This document shows, piece by piece, positions 25,252 through 34,946 of a DNA stretch of 64,000 nucleotides. The DNA comes from a virus. Position 1 is the stretch's first letter. Every line of letters begins with the position of its first letter. Both the position numbers and the translations under genes were made by a program. Location of the stretch: positions 1 to 64,000 of the IMG/VR virus record IMGVR_UViG_3300045284_000065; one strand, 5' to 3'. A model generated the notes under the pieces. That model saw only the letters and a program-made list of their open reading frames with translations. It did not search any database and was not told the DNA's origin.

Positions 25252-26453
25252 CAGGTGAGGTCACCGGCCAGGAGCCACCGATCGGTGCCGACCTTGGTCA
25301 GTGACGCCGCCGAGCCGACAGCCCGAAGGATGGCCGAAGGTGAGGCGATGATCGTCGTCGTGCCTGGGGTAACAGCGGCGACGGTGATCTTCCCCGCCCC
25401 CGACTGGAAGAAGTCGGTGCGGTAGCCGACAGGGACGGGCAGGGTGGCGTTGGTCGGCACCGAGATGGCGATGGCTGTTGCTGCCGTGTACTCGGTGAGC
25501 TTGCTCTCATCAGCGAGAGCGATGGTGTAGCTCGTCGCCGCCGAGGGCGCTGCGATGACCTGACGCAGTGGTGAGTACAGCGTGTCAGCGGTGGCCTGAT
25601 TGAGACCGCCGAGCGTGGTGAGCATCGCTGCCACCGTCGTGTCATCGAGCACGGTGCGCGCTGCGGCGGTGATCGTGGCTGTCTCGGGCACGCCGGTCGA
25701 AGCGGTTACCCGACCTATGAACTGGTCCTGGGTGAGGTTGGCCATCTTGGCCAACGTGATGGTGCCTGCGTCCACCGTCGCCACACCAGAGGCCACGGTG
25801 AAGTCACCGAAGTCAGCGTTGGCGAGCATCGCTGCGGTGATGGTGCCCGCCCCTGGTGTCGTCGTCACGGTGGCCCAAGTGCCGTCGTCCTTCAGGTACT
25901 TGCCGGTGGCCGTGGTCGGTGGCGGAACGAGTCCCTTCAGGGTGGCTGTGAACAGGTCGAGGGTGGCGGTGAGTTGGGTGGGCGTACGTGATGCCCACGC
26001 CGAGCCGACCGACTGGATCACGTTGTTGGTGGTGGCCGTCAGGCTGGCGATGGTGGTCAGGTCGGTGTCAAGAGGCTGATACCCCGATACCACCGACACG
26101 TTGTCGACGTTGCCGAGGCCCACGTCGGCCTTGACGAGAGCGAGCAGCGTCTTCACCGAAGCGGCGGTGAGGTCGGTCGGTGCAGCGGTGGCTCCAGTGG
26201 CGTTGCCCTTCATGGTGAGGGTCGGCATCGTCGCCAACTTGACGTTGGTGATGGAGCCATCGGCCACCGTCGCAGTGCCCGGAGTGACCCACTGCGTGTT
26301 GTAGTTGGTGGCGTCGATCTTGGAGAGCACCTGGTTGGCGGTGCCACCGACCGGCACGCCCTGTCCTGGTGGCCCGGTCGACCCGGTCATCACCACGTCG
26401 GTGAACGTGGCGACGCTGCCAACGATGGAGGTGCAGCGCTTGATGCTAGGCAT
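25251..26453 (-). CDS. Tail fibre protein
   Basis: GGTANQVLSK, KADVGLGNVDN, C-terminal LTKVGTDRWLLAGDL. Confidence 0.8.
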   Translation of the reverse strand: MPSIKRCTSIVGSVATFTDVVMTGSTGPPGQGVPVGGTANQVLSKIDATNYNTQWVTPGTATVADGSITNVKLATMPTLTMKGNATGATAAPTDLTAASVKTLLALVKADVGLGNVDNVSVVSGYQPLDTDLTTIASLTATTNNVIQSVGSAWASRTPTQLTATLDLFTATLKGLVPPPTTATGKYLKDDGTWATVTTTPGAGTITAAMLANADFGDFTVASGVATVDAGTITLAKMANLTQDQFIGRVTASTGVPETATITAAARTVLDDTTVAAMLTTLGGLNQATADTLYSPLRQVIAAPSAATSYTIALADESKLTEYTAATAIAISVPTNATLPVPVGYRTDFFQSGAGKITVAAVTPGTTTIIASPSAILRAVGSAASLTKVGTDRWLLAGDLT

Positions 26454-26456
26454 GCG

Positions 26457-29400
26457 TCACCCCCAGTGAGCGATCTCTAGCCGCCCGGTGTTGGCGTCCT
26501 CGGAGAGGTTGGCGAGGGTCATGTAGTTGGTGGTCCCATCGGCAGTGCTCTTGTAGATGGCCAAGCCCTTGTACGTGTCGCCGCTGACGAGTTGATCCGC
26601 CCATCCCGCAGGCAGGGTGATCAACACGGCGGCACCGTTCCAAGGGAGGTTGGCGTCGATGTCCACCCCGGCGAACAATGCTGGAGCACCAGCGGGCACC
26701 GAGGTGTACTGGTGCTTCCATAGCGTGATATCCCGATCAACACCGTCGCCACCGTCCATGCGCTTCAACCAGATCTTCCCCGACACGATCGTGCGCCGCC
26801 CGCCGTAGTACAGGGTGGAGTTGGGCTTGGTGCCGTAGAACCAGCAGCCGGTGGCGTTGTAGGCCGTGTTGGAGTAGTAGCCCTGGATCGGACGGCTGTT
26901 GCCGATGGCATTCCATGTGCCGTTGGCTCGGTAGTGGTTGGTGGACGAGGCTGTGATGTAGGTGGGCGATGCGATGAGGGTGTACGCCGTGGCGTTGGTG
27001 TACGTGCTGTTGAGCGCCGCATCACGGGCATAGACCCGGCAGTAGATCGTGCCCGAGGAGTAGGTGCCGACGAGGATGTCGGTCTTGGCTCCGCTCCCCG
27101 CCGTCCAGTTCACGACGGTGGCCCAGGTGGCACCATCGGTGGAGCGATCGACCCTGTAGGCCGCTGTGCCGGTGCCGAGTGTGAAGTCGATGGTCATGCG
27201 CCCGTAGGAGACATCGGGTGCGAACCGCTGGATCGTCGGCGCTGGGGGTGGGGTGGTGTCGGGGGGAGCAGCGGTCGTGGCAGTCGCCGTGCGCTGCGGC
27301 GAGTACAGCAGGCCGGTGTCCCTCGTTCTGACCCCGAAGGTGTACGGGGTCGAAGCAGCGAGGCCGGTGAAGGTGTACGTCAGCGCAGTGGTGAACCCCT
27401 TGGACGTGGCACCGAGGAAGACCTCGTAGTCCTTCTGGTCCGAGGAGGTGGAGTCAGGCCAGGTACCAACGGCCGAGTCGTAGTCGACGGCGCTCATCGT
27501 GAGAGAGGCTGGCTGCACCGGGGCAGCGTTGAGGCTGGTGGTCGAGTCGCTGACAGTGGTGCCGAAGAGGCCAGACGTTCCCTTGGACCTGATGCCGAAG
27601 GTGACCGGCGTGTTCTCGGTGACCGCCGCCGCTGTGTATGTCACCCCGGCCTGGGTCGTCTTCAGGACACCGTTGACATACACCTCGTACTGGTAGCCGC
27701 TGCCACCAGTAGCCGCCGTCCATGCCACATGGGCATCCGTTGACGACGACGACGCTGCGTTCACCCCGGTGACATCGGCGGGCTTGGTCACGATGCTCAC
27801 AATGGCTGAGTACGGTCCACTACCCGCTGGTGTGCCACTAGCCGATCCGTTGACGCCCTTGATGCGGTACCAGTAGGTCGTGTTGGCAGTGAGGCCTGAG
27901 TCGGTGTACGTGGTGAGGCCAACAGTGGTGGTCAGAATGGTCGGCCAGGTCGTCCCGTTGGTCGAGCGCTCCAAGGAGATACCGGTCAGCGCTTCTGCTG
28001 CTGTCCACGCAGGCCAGGTGAGCACCACGGCGTAGCCGGTGGAAGCGTTGGCTGCGGTCAGCACCTTCGCCGTCGGTGGCTGCAAGAGGATCTGGGTAGT
28101 CTCGAACCAGAGGTCACCAACAGCGACGCCGTTCGCCACCGTGGGCTGCTGGTCACCGATCCAGATATCAGCAGAGACGGCACCGTCAGTGGCGTGTACC
28201 TCCAGGATCTCGGGGTGGCTGTGCCCAAGGGCTGCGTAGGCAATGTCACCCTCGGTCGGGGTGAGATACTGGGGGTGCGGGTCTGGCTGGGCAACGTGGA
28301 GGGCGACCGCCCCGAGCTTCTCGTAGAGGAGATCGTGGTTGTGGACGATGGGGGCGTAGAGATCATCCGCTTCGTCCTCGGTGAGGTAGAGGCCTGCTGC
28401 TTCATCTGCGTCGAGGTACTGGGAGTGAGGATCGTTGTAGACCTGCCCCGCCGCTGCCAGGGTGACCGGCACGGTGTATCCGGGCGGTGCCGTCGTGCCA
28501 TAGGTGATGCTGATCAGCGTGGGGTCTGTCTCGGTGTCGAGCACCGGCCACTTCTTGTTGAGGGCAGGGTCAACGTTGGTCAGGTTGATGTAGCTGTTCG
28601 GCAGGATGCTGTGCCGTGGGTCCACCGTCAGGGTGAGCACACCGTTCGGGTTCCACGACCAGCCGCTCACCGCCCAAGAGTCCTGGATCTGGTGGTTGAT
28701 GACCTGCTGACGGATCTCGGCCTGGTGGTTGTGGACGAGGGGTGCGTACTTCACCACCTCACCGCTGTCGTCGTACTCCTCCAGGAAGTACTGCGGGTGC
28801 GGATCAGCAGCGGCGAGGTGATCCAGCATCACGTTCTTGACGTACGTCTCGGACGAGAAGGGGATGTACTGGAAGACCATGTCGGCCAACGTCAGGTCAG
28901 TGCCCGCATCGTGGGCCGGGTTCGTCGGGTTGAAGAGGGGGTCGATGGCGATGATCCAGTCGCCGTTCGCAAGCTCTGCCTGCTTGTCGGTGCCCACGTC
29001 GTAACGACCTGACGCATCGCTGTCGATGAAGTCGAGGACACCGCCCGAACTGCACACCCAGTACATGCCGTGGCGATAGACGGTGGGGCCAAGCTCCCAG
29101 GAGGGGGCGGGCTTGGCGTGCGTGGTCCGGTATGCCTCGGCGTCGTACGTACCGACGTAGAGGAGGTCACCGAGCAGTGCCTCCAACCCCGCCTGAGTGG
29201 CGAAGAAGGTGGCGTGGTAGGTGTCGAGCATGTCGGCGTTGATGCCGCTGCTATCGACGGTATGACCCTGGTTGCCCTGGTGCCAGACCTTGCTCGTCTT
29301 GTACTTCAGGTTGGTGGCGTCAAGCGACATCAGGGCCGTGCCACCAGCACCGGCAAGCCCAGCGACGTTGTCGTGAGCACCACCCTGGTACCAGTAGAAG

Positions 29401-32057
29401 GCGGTGTTGGCGCGGGAGTACAGCGTGTCCTGTCCTGCACCGCCTGTGCCCTGAATGCCGAAGCCATGCGTGGTGCTGGCGAGGAGCAGGTGCTGACCCT
29501 GGCGAGAGCCGAAGGTGAGTTGGGCACCCGTCCCGGTGATGTTCAGGCTGCCCGGAGTGATCGTGCCGCCCGTCAGTTGGAGGTACCCGGCGACGACTGC
29601 CGCTGGCGTGACGGCCACGGTGGCGAGCGGTGAGGCAGCGATGGCCTCGGCCAAGGTCGACAGGCGAGCGACACCGACGACTGCAGTCGTGGCTGCGGCC
29701 ACGGTCAGTGATCGGTTGGCCGTCAGGTCACCACCTCCTGCGAGTGGTGCCGTCGTGCTGATGGTGATCGTCTTGTCGGCCTTGCCGTTGGTCAGGGTGC
29801 TGAGATCAGTGACGAGGTTGGTGACATCGGCCTCGACGATGTTGGCGAAGGAACCGGGGACGCTGGACCCTGCCGACTTGAGGAACTGACCAGTAGTGCC
29901 TGGGCTGATCGTCACCTCGGCCGCTGTGACCGTGGCACCGGCAGCGATGATCCCGTTGGCAATGCTGGTGGTGCTCCGCCCGGTGCCACCGTCAGCCACC
30001 GCCACATCCACGCCGCCCGTGGTGTAGAAGTCCGAGTCGGAGTTGGCAATGTTGAACTGGCTCGCCGTCCCGACGAGGGTGTTACTCGTCAGGTTGATCG
30101 TCTTACCGGTGAGCGTCTCGGTACCGGCGAGGGTGGCGAAATCATTATCGGTGAGGGCGGTGTTGAACTGACTGGTAGTACCAGTCAGCGTGTTGGTGGC
30201 GAGGCTGATCGACTTGGCGGTCAGCGTCTCGGTGCCAGCCAAGGTGGCGAAGTCGTTGTCACTGAGCGCCGTGTTGAACTGAGCGGTGGTGCCCGACAGC
30301 GTGTTCGACAGCAGGTTGAGCGTCTTGTTGGTCAGGGTCTGGATGCCAGCCAACGTGACGAGCAGCGAGGTGTCAGCGATGCCGTGGACCGTCGTCGTAG
30401 CCCCGGTGTGGGCGGTGAAGGAAGCAACCGAGGTGAGGTCGGCGTCAGTCACCGCCGTGTTGAACTGAGCGAGCGTGCCGCTGACGGTGTTGCTGCCAAG
30501 AGCGATCGTCTTGTTGGTCAGCGTCTCGATGCCCGCCAACGTGGCGAAGTCATCACCAACGAGCGCCGTGTTGAACTGCCCCGTCGTCCCAGTGAGGGTG
30601 TTGCTCGTCAGATCGATGGTCTTGTTGGTCAGCGTCGCCACCGCTGAGTTCTTGGCAGCGTCAGATGTGTTGTCGACATTGCCCAGGCCTACGTCACCCT
30701 TGACGAGGGCGAGCATGGTCTTCACCGTGGCCGGGGCGAGGTCCTCGGGGTCACCGGTACCAGCTGTGTTACGACCCCGGATCGTCTGCGTCGCCATGTC
30801 AGCGAGCTTGGCGAGGGTGACCGAGTTGTCCACGATGTCAGCGGTGGTGACCGAGGACTTGGTGGCGAGCGCACCGAGACCGCTGACATCGAGGTTGGTG
30901 ATCCCGGCGAAGGCAGCGAGTGCAGCAGCACCACCCGACTTCAGAAACTGACCCGTAGTCCCTGGCCCGATCGTCTGCTGCGCGCCAGTTGCCGTGGTGC
31001 CCGCGGCGATAAGGCCATATGCCGTGGTGCTGGTGGCCCGACCGGTACCACCCTGAACCACGGTGACCGGGATGCTCAGGCCGAGGGCGGTGAGCAGGTT
31101 GGCGACGGTCACGTCGGTCGGTGCTGCCACACCGGCCGTGTTGTTCATCTTCACGGTGTTGGCTGGCATCGTCGCCAGGTCGGCGTTGGCGATGGTGCCG
31201 TCCGTGATGTCGGCCGAGACGATGGTGCTCTTGAGAGCCAGCGATCCGAGGCCTGCCACCTTGGCGTTGGGCAGCAGGCTGGCCCCCGTGTACTCACCGA
31301 GGTCGAGCACCGCCGTGGCCTCGACACCGACAGCGGTCACGTCGATCCCGTTGCCGAACACCAGCGAGGTGAAGGCCGTGCCGAGGGAGGTGGTGTCCTC
31401 CTTGACGGTGATGCCAGAGATGCCACCACCGGCACCAGGTGGCGAGGCCCAGTTGCCATCGGCCCGCAGGAAGTTGGAGGCACCACCACCCGAGGCGGGC
31501 ACCACACCCGACGAGGCTGCGCCGAACGTGCTGACGGCGATGGTCCGGTTCGCTGAGATGTCACCGCCACCAGTGAGTGGTGCAGTGACGCTGATCGCCG
31601 TCGTCTTGTCGGCCTTGGCGTTGAGCGCTGTGCTCGTAGCCCCGGAGATGGGCTTGCTGGCGTCGGCGGTGTTGTCGACGTTGCCGAGGCCGAGGGTGGT
31701 CCTCATCTCAGACGTGGTGGCATCGTCCAGCACCGTCTTGGCCACGGGCGTGACCACGGTGGGATCGAGGAGCCATGACGTGCCGGTCCCCGACACGATG
31801 ATGTCGCCCTTGTCGCCGTCCGTTACCCCAGTGCCGCCGTTCGTCCCGCCACCACCGCTCTCGCCGTGCCACACGGGGAACGCTGGGTCACCAGCGCGGA
31901 AGGTGACCCACCCCATGCCGACGCTGGTCGGCATGCCACCGACGAAGTCGGTGACGGTGACCGTGGCCTCGCCATAGACCTGAGGGATCTGAGCGGTCAG
32001 CGAGACCGTGTCGAGCTTGACCGCCTTCGCACGGTAGAGACCTGGGAAGGTCGCCAT
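26457..32057 (-). CDS. Baseplate spike (gp5/GpV OB-fold) fused to long fibre with FN3 domains, 1866 aa
   Basis: N-terminal GLYRAK...QIPQV...WVTFRAGDPAFPVWHG; fibre repeats; DPHPQY/HxH repeats; FN3 GLTANTTYWYRIKG. Confidence 0.8.
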   Translation of the reverse strand: MATFPGLYRAKAVKLDTVSLTAQIPQVYGEATVTVTDFVGGMPTSVGMGWVTFRAGDPAFPVWHGESGGGGTNGGTGVTDGDKGDIIVSGTGTSWLLDPTVVTPVAKTVLDDATTSEMRTTLGLGNVDNTADASKPISGATSTALNAKADKTTAISVTAPLTGGGDISANRTIAVSTFGAASSGVVPASGGGASNFLRADGNWASPPGAGGGISGITVKEDTTSLGTAFTSLVFGNGIDVTAVGVEATAVLDLGEYTGASLLPNAKVAGLGSLALKSTIVSADITDGTIANADLATMPANTVKMNNTAGVAAPTDVTVANLLTALGLSIPVTVVQGGTGRATSTTAYGLIAAGTTATGAQQTIGPGTTGQFLKSGGAAALAAFAGITNLDVSGLGALATKSSVTTADIVDNSVTLAKLADMATQTIRGRNTAGTGDPEDLAPATVKTMLALVKGDVGLGNVDNTSDAAKNSAVATLTNKTIDLTSNTLTGTTGQFNTALVGDDFATLAGIETLTNKTIALGSNTVSGTLAQFNTAVTDADLTSVASFTAHTGATTTVHGIADTSLLVTLAGIQTLTNKTLNLLSNTLSGTTAQFNTALSDNDFATLAGTETLTAKSISLATNTLTGTTSQFNTALTDNDFATLAGTETLTGKTINLTSNTLVGTASQFNIANSDSDFYTTGGVDVAVADGGTGRSTTSIANGIIAAGATVTAAEVTISPGTTGQFLKSAGSSVPGSFANIVEADVTNLVTDLSTLTNGKADKTITISTTAPLAGGGDLTANRSLTVAAATTAVVGVARLSTLAEAIAASPLATVAVTPAAVVAGYLQLTGGTITPGSLNITGTGAQLTFGSRQGQHLLLASTTHGFGIQGTGGAGQDTLYSRANTAFYWYQGGAHDNVAGLAGAGGTALMSLDATNLKYKTSKVWHQGNQGHTVDSSGINADMLDTYHATFFATQAGLEALLGDLLYVGTYDAEAYRTTHAKPAPSWELGPTVYRHGMYWVCSSGGVLDFIDSDASGRYDVGTDKQAELANGDWIIAIDPLFNPTNPAHDAGTDLTLADMVFQYIPFSSETYVKNVMLDHLAAADPHPQYFLEEYDDSGEVVKYAPLVHNHQAEIRQQVINHQIQDSWAVSGWSWNPNGVLTLTVDPRHSILPNSYINLTNVDPALNKKWPVLDTETDPTLISITYGTTAPPGYTVPVTLAAAGQVYNDPHSQYLDADEAAGLYLTEDEADDLYAPIVHNHDLLYEKLGAVALHVAQPDPHPQYLTPTEGDIAYAALGHSHPEILEVHATDGAVSADIWIGDQQPTVANGVAVGDLWFETTQILLQPPTAKVLTAANASTGYAVVLTWPAWTAAEALTGISLERSTNGTTWPTILTTTVGLTTYTDSGLTANTTYWYRIKGVNGSASGTPAGSGPYSAIVSIVTKPADVTGVNAASSSSTDAHVAWTAATGGSGYQYEVYVNGVLKTTQAGVTYTAAAVTENTPVTFGIRSKGTSGLFGTTVSDSTTSLNAAPVQPASLTMSAVDYDSAVGTWPDSTSSDQKDYEVFLGATSKGFTTALTYTFTGLAASTPYTFGVRTRDTGLLYSPQRTATATTAAPPDTTPPPAPTIQRFAPDVSYGRMTIDFTLGTGTAAYRVDRSTDGATWATVVNWTAGSGAKTDILVGTYSSGTIYCRVYARDAALNSTYTNATAYTLIASPTYITASSTNHYRANGTWNAIGNSRPIQGYYSNTAYNATGCWFYGTKPNSTLYYGGRRTIVSGKIWLKRMDGGDGVDRDITLWKHQYTSVPAGAPALFAGVDIDANLPWNGAAVLITLPAGWADQLVSGDTYKGLAIYKSTADGTTNYMTLANLSEDANTGRLEIAHWG
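30030..30640 (-). repeat. Tandem ~37-aa coding repeats (TLTNKTIxLxSNTLxGTxxQFNTALxDxDFATLAGxE)
   Basis: About 5 units visible in DNA and protein. Confidence 0.85.
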
Positions 32058-32058
32058 G

Positions 32059-32466
32059 TCACCGCATGAAGAGGCGGAACGTCTGCGCCGAGATCTCCCC
32101 GCCGTCGTCACCGGGCACGTTGTCGAACCCAATGGCGCAGCCGAGGTCGACACCACGCACTGCGACGTAGCCCCTGGCGATAGCGATGGCCTTGCACGAC
32201 TGAGCCACGGCACCAGCACCGATGGCCCGGATGGTGGGCATCTTGAGGTCGTTGAAGATGTAGCCCTGGATGGCGAAGGCGAGCGACTGCGGTGTGGTCG
32301 TGCCCTTGACCATGATCAGACCCTCAGTCTCCTCGTCAGGGTCGAGGCGCGAGAACATCACGCGCTCGGCTGGGCCTGTCTCGGAGTGGGGTCGACGGCG
32401 ACGGTGATTCGGGGGGGCCACTGCTGGCGTGACCAGGTTCCAGCGATCCAGGACTGGATCATCCAC
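32059..32466 (-). CDS. spoVS: SpoVS-family protein
   Basis: IRAIGAGAVAQSCKAIAIARGYVAVRGVDL matches the SpoVS core (QAIGAGALNQAVKAVAIARGF); start uncertain. Confidence 0.85.
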   Translation of the reverse strand: MDDPVLDRWNLVTPAVAPPNHRRRRPHSETGPAERVMFSRLDPDEETEGLIMVKGTTTPQSLAFAIQGYIFNDLKMPTIRAIGAGAVAQSCKAIAIARGYVAVRGVDLGCAIGFDNVPGDDGGEISAQTFRLFMR

Positions 32467-32507
32467 GGCAAGTGCTCCTCAGGTCGTTGACCTGGGATCA
32501 GACCGTA

Positions 32508-33029
32508 TCAGTCGGCCCCGATCAGGGTGGGCTTCTTCGTGCGCGGCACACGGTTCTCGCTGATCCAGTAGGCCGTCATCAGGCAGGCCTCGGCGCGGCC
32601 ATCATGCTTGACCATCTTGAAGCTCTCGGACCACTCGGGCCAGCGCTCGGTCGCACGCTGACGCGAGAGGGCCTTGTCCTGGTTCAGGTGCATCTTGGTC
32701 TTCCAATGCCCCGCTGGCATGTGGACGATCGGGATGTCGAGAGCAGCGAGGACACCGAGGATCTTGCCGTAGCCGACGCCGTAGGTGAACACCCCGGCCA
32801 CGCCCTGCTTGGGCATCGAGTGGGCCTGCTCGACCACCGCTGTGTGGACCGGTCCATATCCCTGTATCAAGCGGGTGAGCATGTGAGCGTTCACCTCCTT
32901 GCCGATGCAGGGCATGTCCTCCAGGTCAGAGATGCTGGCGTCCTGTAACCGGAGGAACGCCAGCGCCCCCTTCTGACCGGGGTCGATGCCCAGGATGATG
33001 ACGGCGTTGCGACCCACGCTGGGACTCAT
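32508..33029 (-). CDS. ruvC: RuvC-like Holliday junction resolvase
   Basis: ILGIDPG, VVEQ, FTYGVGYG, HDGRAEA. Confidence 0.85.
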   Translation of the reverse strand: MSPSVGRNAVIILGIDPGQKGALAFLRLQDASISDLEDMPCIGKEVNAHMLTRLIQGYGPVHTAVVEQAHSMPKQGVAGVFTYGVGYGKILGVLAALDIPIVHMPAGHWKTKMHLNQDKALSRQRATERWPEWSESFKMVKHDGRAEACLMTAYWISENRVPRTKKPTLIGAD

Positions 33030-33517
33030 GGAGACCAACGCATGTTCCTTCGCTCCACCGGGTCACGTCCGAGACGACGGCTCAACTCACGCGAGATCAG
33101 CTGGGCGCAGCGCTCGCAGTTGCCATAGACCACAGCCGTCAGCTTGCGCTTGGCGTAGGCGACGAGCAAGTCCTGCTTGGCCCGGTCGACCTGGGGATCC
33201 ATCGCCTGCTGTGCGCGCGAGAGGGTCACCTTGTCCTTGGCCGCACCCCAGTTGAGCACCATGTGCTCGGCCTCCAGCCGCTTGACGTTGGCCTCGGCCT
33301 TCTCCTCTTCGACCTCGGCCTCTGCGAACTGGTAGGCGGCGTAGTTCTGCCACTGCACGAACTGGCTGAACAGCGCCATCATCGTGGTGTCATCGACACC
33401 GGTCAGGTCCCCGGGGATCTCCGGGATATCAAACTGCGGGCGTCCGAAGAGAGGCTCGACGTTTGCCAGGCTTGGCCCGCTGGACCCGGGGGGTGGGGGT
33501 GGGCGCTTCGATCTCAT
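33026..33517 (-). CDS. Helical hypothetical protein
   Basis: GGAGG RBS; coiled-coil character. Confidence 0.7.
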   Translation of the reverse strand: MRSKRPPPPPGSSGPSLANVEPLFGRPQFDIPEIPGDLTGVDDTTMMALFSQFVQWQNYAAYQFAEAEVEEEKAEANVKRLEAEHMVLNWGAAKDKVTLSRAQQAMDPQVDRAKQDLLVAYAKRKLTAVVYGNCERCAQLISRELSRRLGRDPVERRNMRWSP

Positions 33518-34424
33518 GGTTCTCCTCCAGGTCCCAACAGGTGCTCCGGTAGACGCATGAGGCACAGACCTTGTCGCCGGGACGGGTAGCCCATATCGGC
33601 CTATCCGGTGCGATCCCTGCTCGTACCCCTTGAGCTACATCCTTCGCCATCTCCAGTACAGGAGCGATGAATGACTTATTGTAGCTCACCACGAACTCCT
33701 TGGTCGCCTGGGTGAACTTGCTCTCGTACACGAAGATGATCTGCTCGTACGCAGGCCAGGCCATCCACAGGTACAGCTGACCCTGACGCATGTGGGAGCC
33801 GAAGGGATGTGATATCGAGAACCAGATGTCCTCGGCCGACTTGCCGTCGAGGTACTGCTGGTAGAGGCGGGGTGCCTCGAAGCGCAGGGTGCCCAGGCCG
33901 ATGGACTTGATCTCCACCAGCGCCCGCTCGGGGAGGTGGACGGCGGCGTCAGCGTGGCCCTCCACCATGAAGTTGTTGTGTCGGAGGGGGTACTCCTTGT
34001 ACTCCAGCCGCTCGCTCTGACAGAACTGGCAGGCCTGAGGAGACATGTCGTACCACTGGTGGCCGCACTCCCTGCAGTGCCACATGCCGACGAGGATGCC
34101 CATCTCCCAGAACCAGGTCTGCCACTTGGCGTGGATGGCGTGGCCCTCGGAGAAGACGTTGCTCATCCTGAAGCTGGGGTTGGCCTTGGACACCCGGCCG
34201 ATCGGTGCCCCGGTGATGGAGTAGTAGTCGTGCCGCCCGCACCAGTCGGTCTTCGCCATGTCGGAGGGGTGCATGTGCTTGGCCGAGTGGTCGTCGGGAC
34301 GCCCACCCGTCGCCGTCTTCATGACGTGGCGCTCCACCTGGGGCAGCAGCAGGCCACTGGTGGACTTGAACGTGCCCTTCAGTCGCTGGAGTGCGGAGTC
34401 ACGGAGAGGGCGGGGCAAAGTCAC
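33429..34424 (-). CDS. Cas4/PD-(D/E)XK exonuclease
   Basis: HPS...C, GHAIH, GHAD, VEIKS, QGQLY, CASCVYRSTC. Confidence 0.8.
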   Translation of the reverse strand: MTLPRPLRDSALQRLKGTFKSTSGLLLPQVERHVMKTATGGRPDDHSAKHMHPSDMAKTDWCGRHDYYSITGAPIGRVSKANPSFRMSNVFSEGHAIHAKWQTWFWEMGILVGMWHCRECGHQWYDMSPQACQFCQSERLEYKEYPLRHNNFMVEGHADAAVHLPERALVEIKSIGLGTLRFEAPRLYQQYLDGKSAEDIWFSISHPFGSHMRQGQLYLWMAWPAYEQIIFVYESKFTQATKEFVVSYNKSFIAPVLEMAKDVAQGVRAGIAPDRPIWATRPGDKVCASCVYRSTCWDLEENHEIEAPTPTPRVQRAKPGKRRASLRTPAV

Positions 34425-34692
34425 CCTCCTCGATCAGGACCAGGCGGCGCTTGTTCTTGCCCAGGGTGATGTGCAGTGCTGGGATCCGACCGTCCATCAG
34501 GGCGTGCTTGCGGAGGTCTTCCCACACGTCCTCCTTGATCGTGAACTGTCGGTTGCCGGTGGTCTTCTGCTCCCACAAGACGCCCGACTCGCGCACGTCG
34601 TTGCGCTTGGACCATCCGCTGCCGCTGCCTGGCTGACGGACACCGCCACGGCGCTTGGCCAGGCGGTGCTCCTCCTTCTCCCACTCCTTCAC
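34399..34692 (-). CDS. PD-(D/E)XK Holliday junction resolvase-like endonuclease
   Basis: E...PGSG...D...EQK. Confidence 0.7.
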   Translation of the reverse strand: MKEWEKEEHRLAKRRGGVRQPGSGSGWSKRNDVRESGVLWEQKTTGNRQFTIKEDVWEDLRKHALMDGRIPALHITLGKNKRRLVLIEEGDFAPPSP

Positions 34693-34946
34693 TCGTCTCC
34701 CGTGTCCACATCCAGCCAGACGATCTCTGTCTGCCCACCGTGACCGTGGACGTGTTCGATCGACTCCATGCCACGGTCGTAGTGGACGACAGACGAGGGC
34801 CACTGGCTGATCCAGTGGAGGGTGGCGACACCATCGGAGTACACGACCCCCTCGGCCACGATGCCGGTCCCCGAGACTCCGGTCGGGTCAACGTCACGAC
34901 GGAGTACGAACCTACGGTGTGTCATCTTCGCTCCAGTAGCCGTCAC
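34689..34946 (-). CDS. Hypothetical phage protein
   Basis: RRFVLRRDVDPTGVSGTGIVAEG...HGHGG. Confidence 0.75.
   Translation of the reverse strand: MTATGAKMTHRRFVLRRDVDPTGVSGTGIVAEGVVYSDGVATLHWISQWPSSVVHYDRGMESIEHVHGHGGQTEIVWLDVDTGDE

Noticed and set aside
30030-30640. Tandem DNA repeats as DGR template/variable regions
   Set aside because: In-frame protein repeats with synonymous divergence; no adenine-specific pattern noted and no reverse transcriptase in window
33429-34424. Cas4 as part of a CRISPR-Cas system
   Set aside because: Solo Cas4-like nuclease in a recombination operon, common in phages; no array seen
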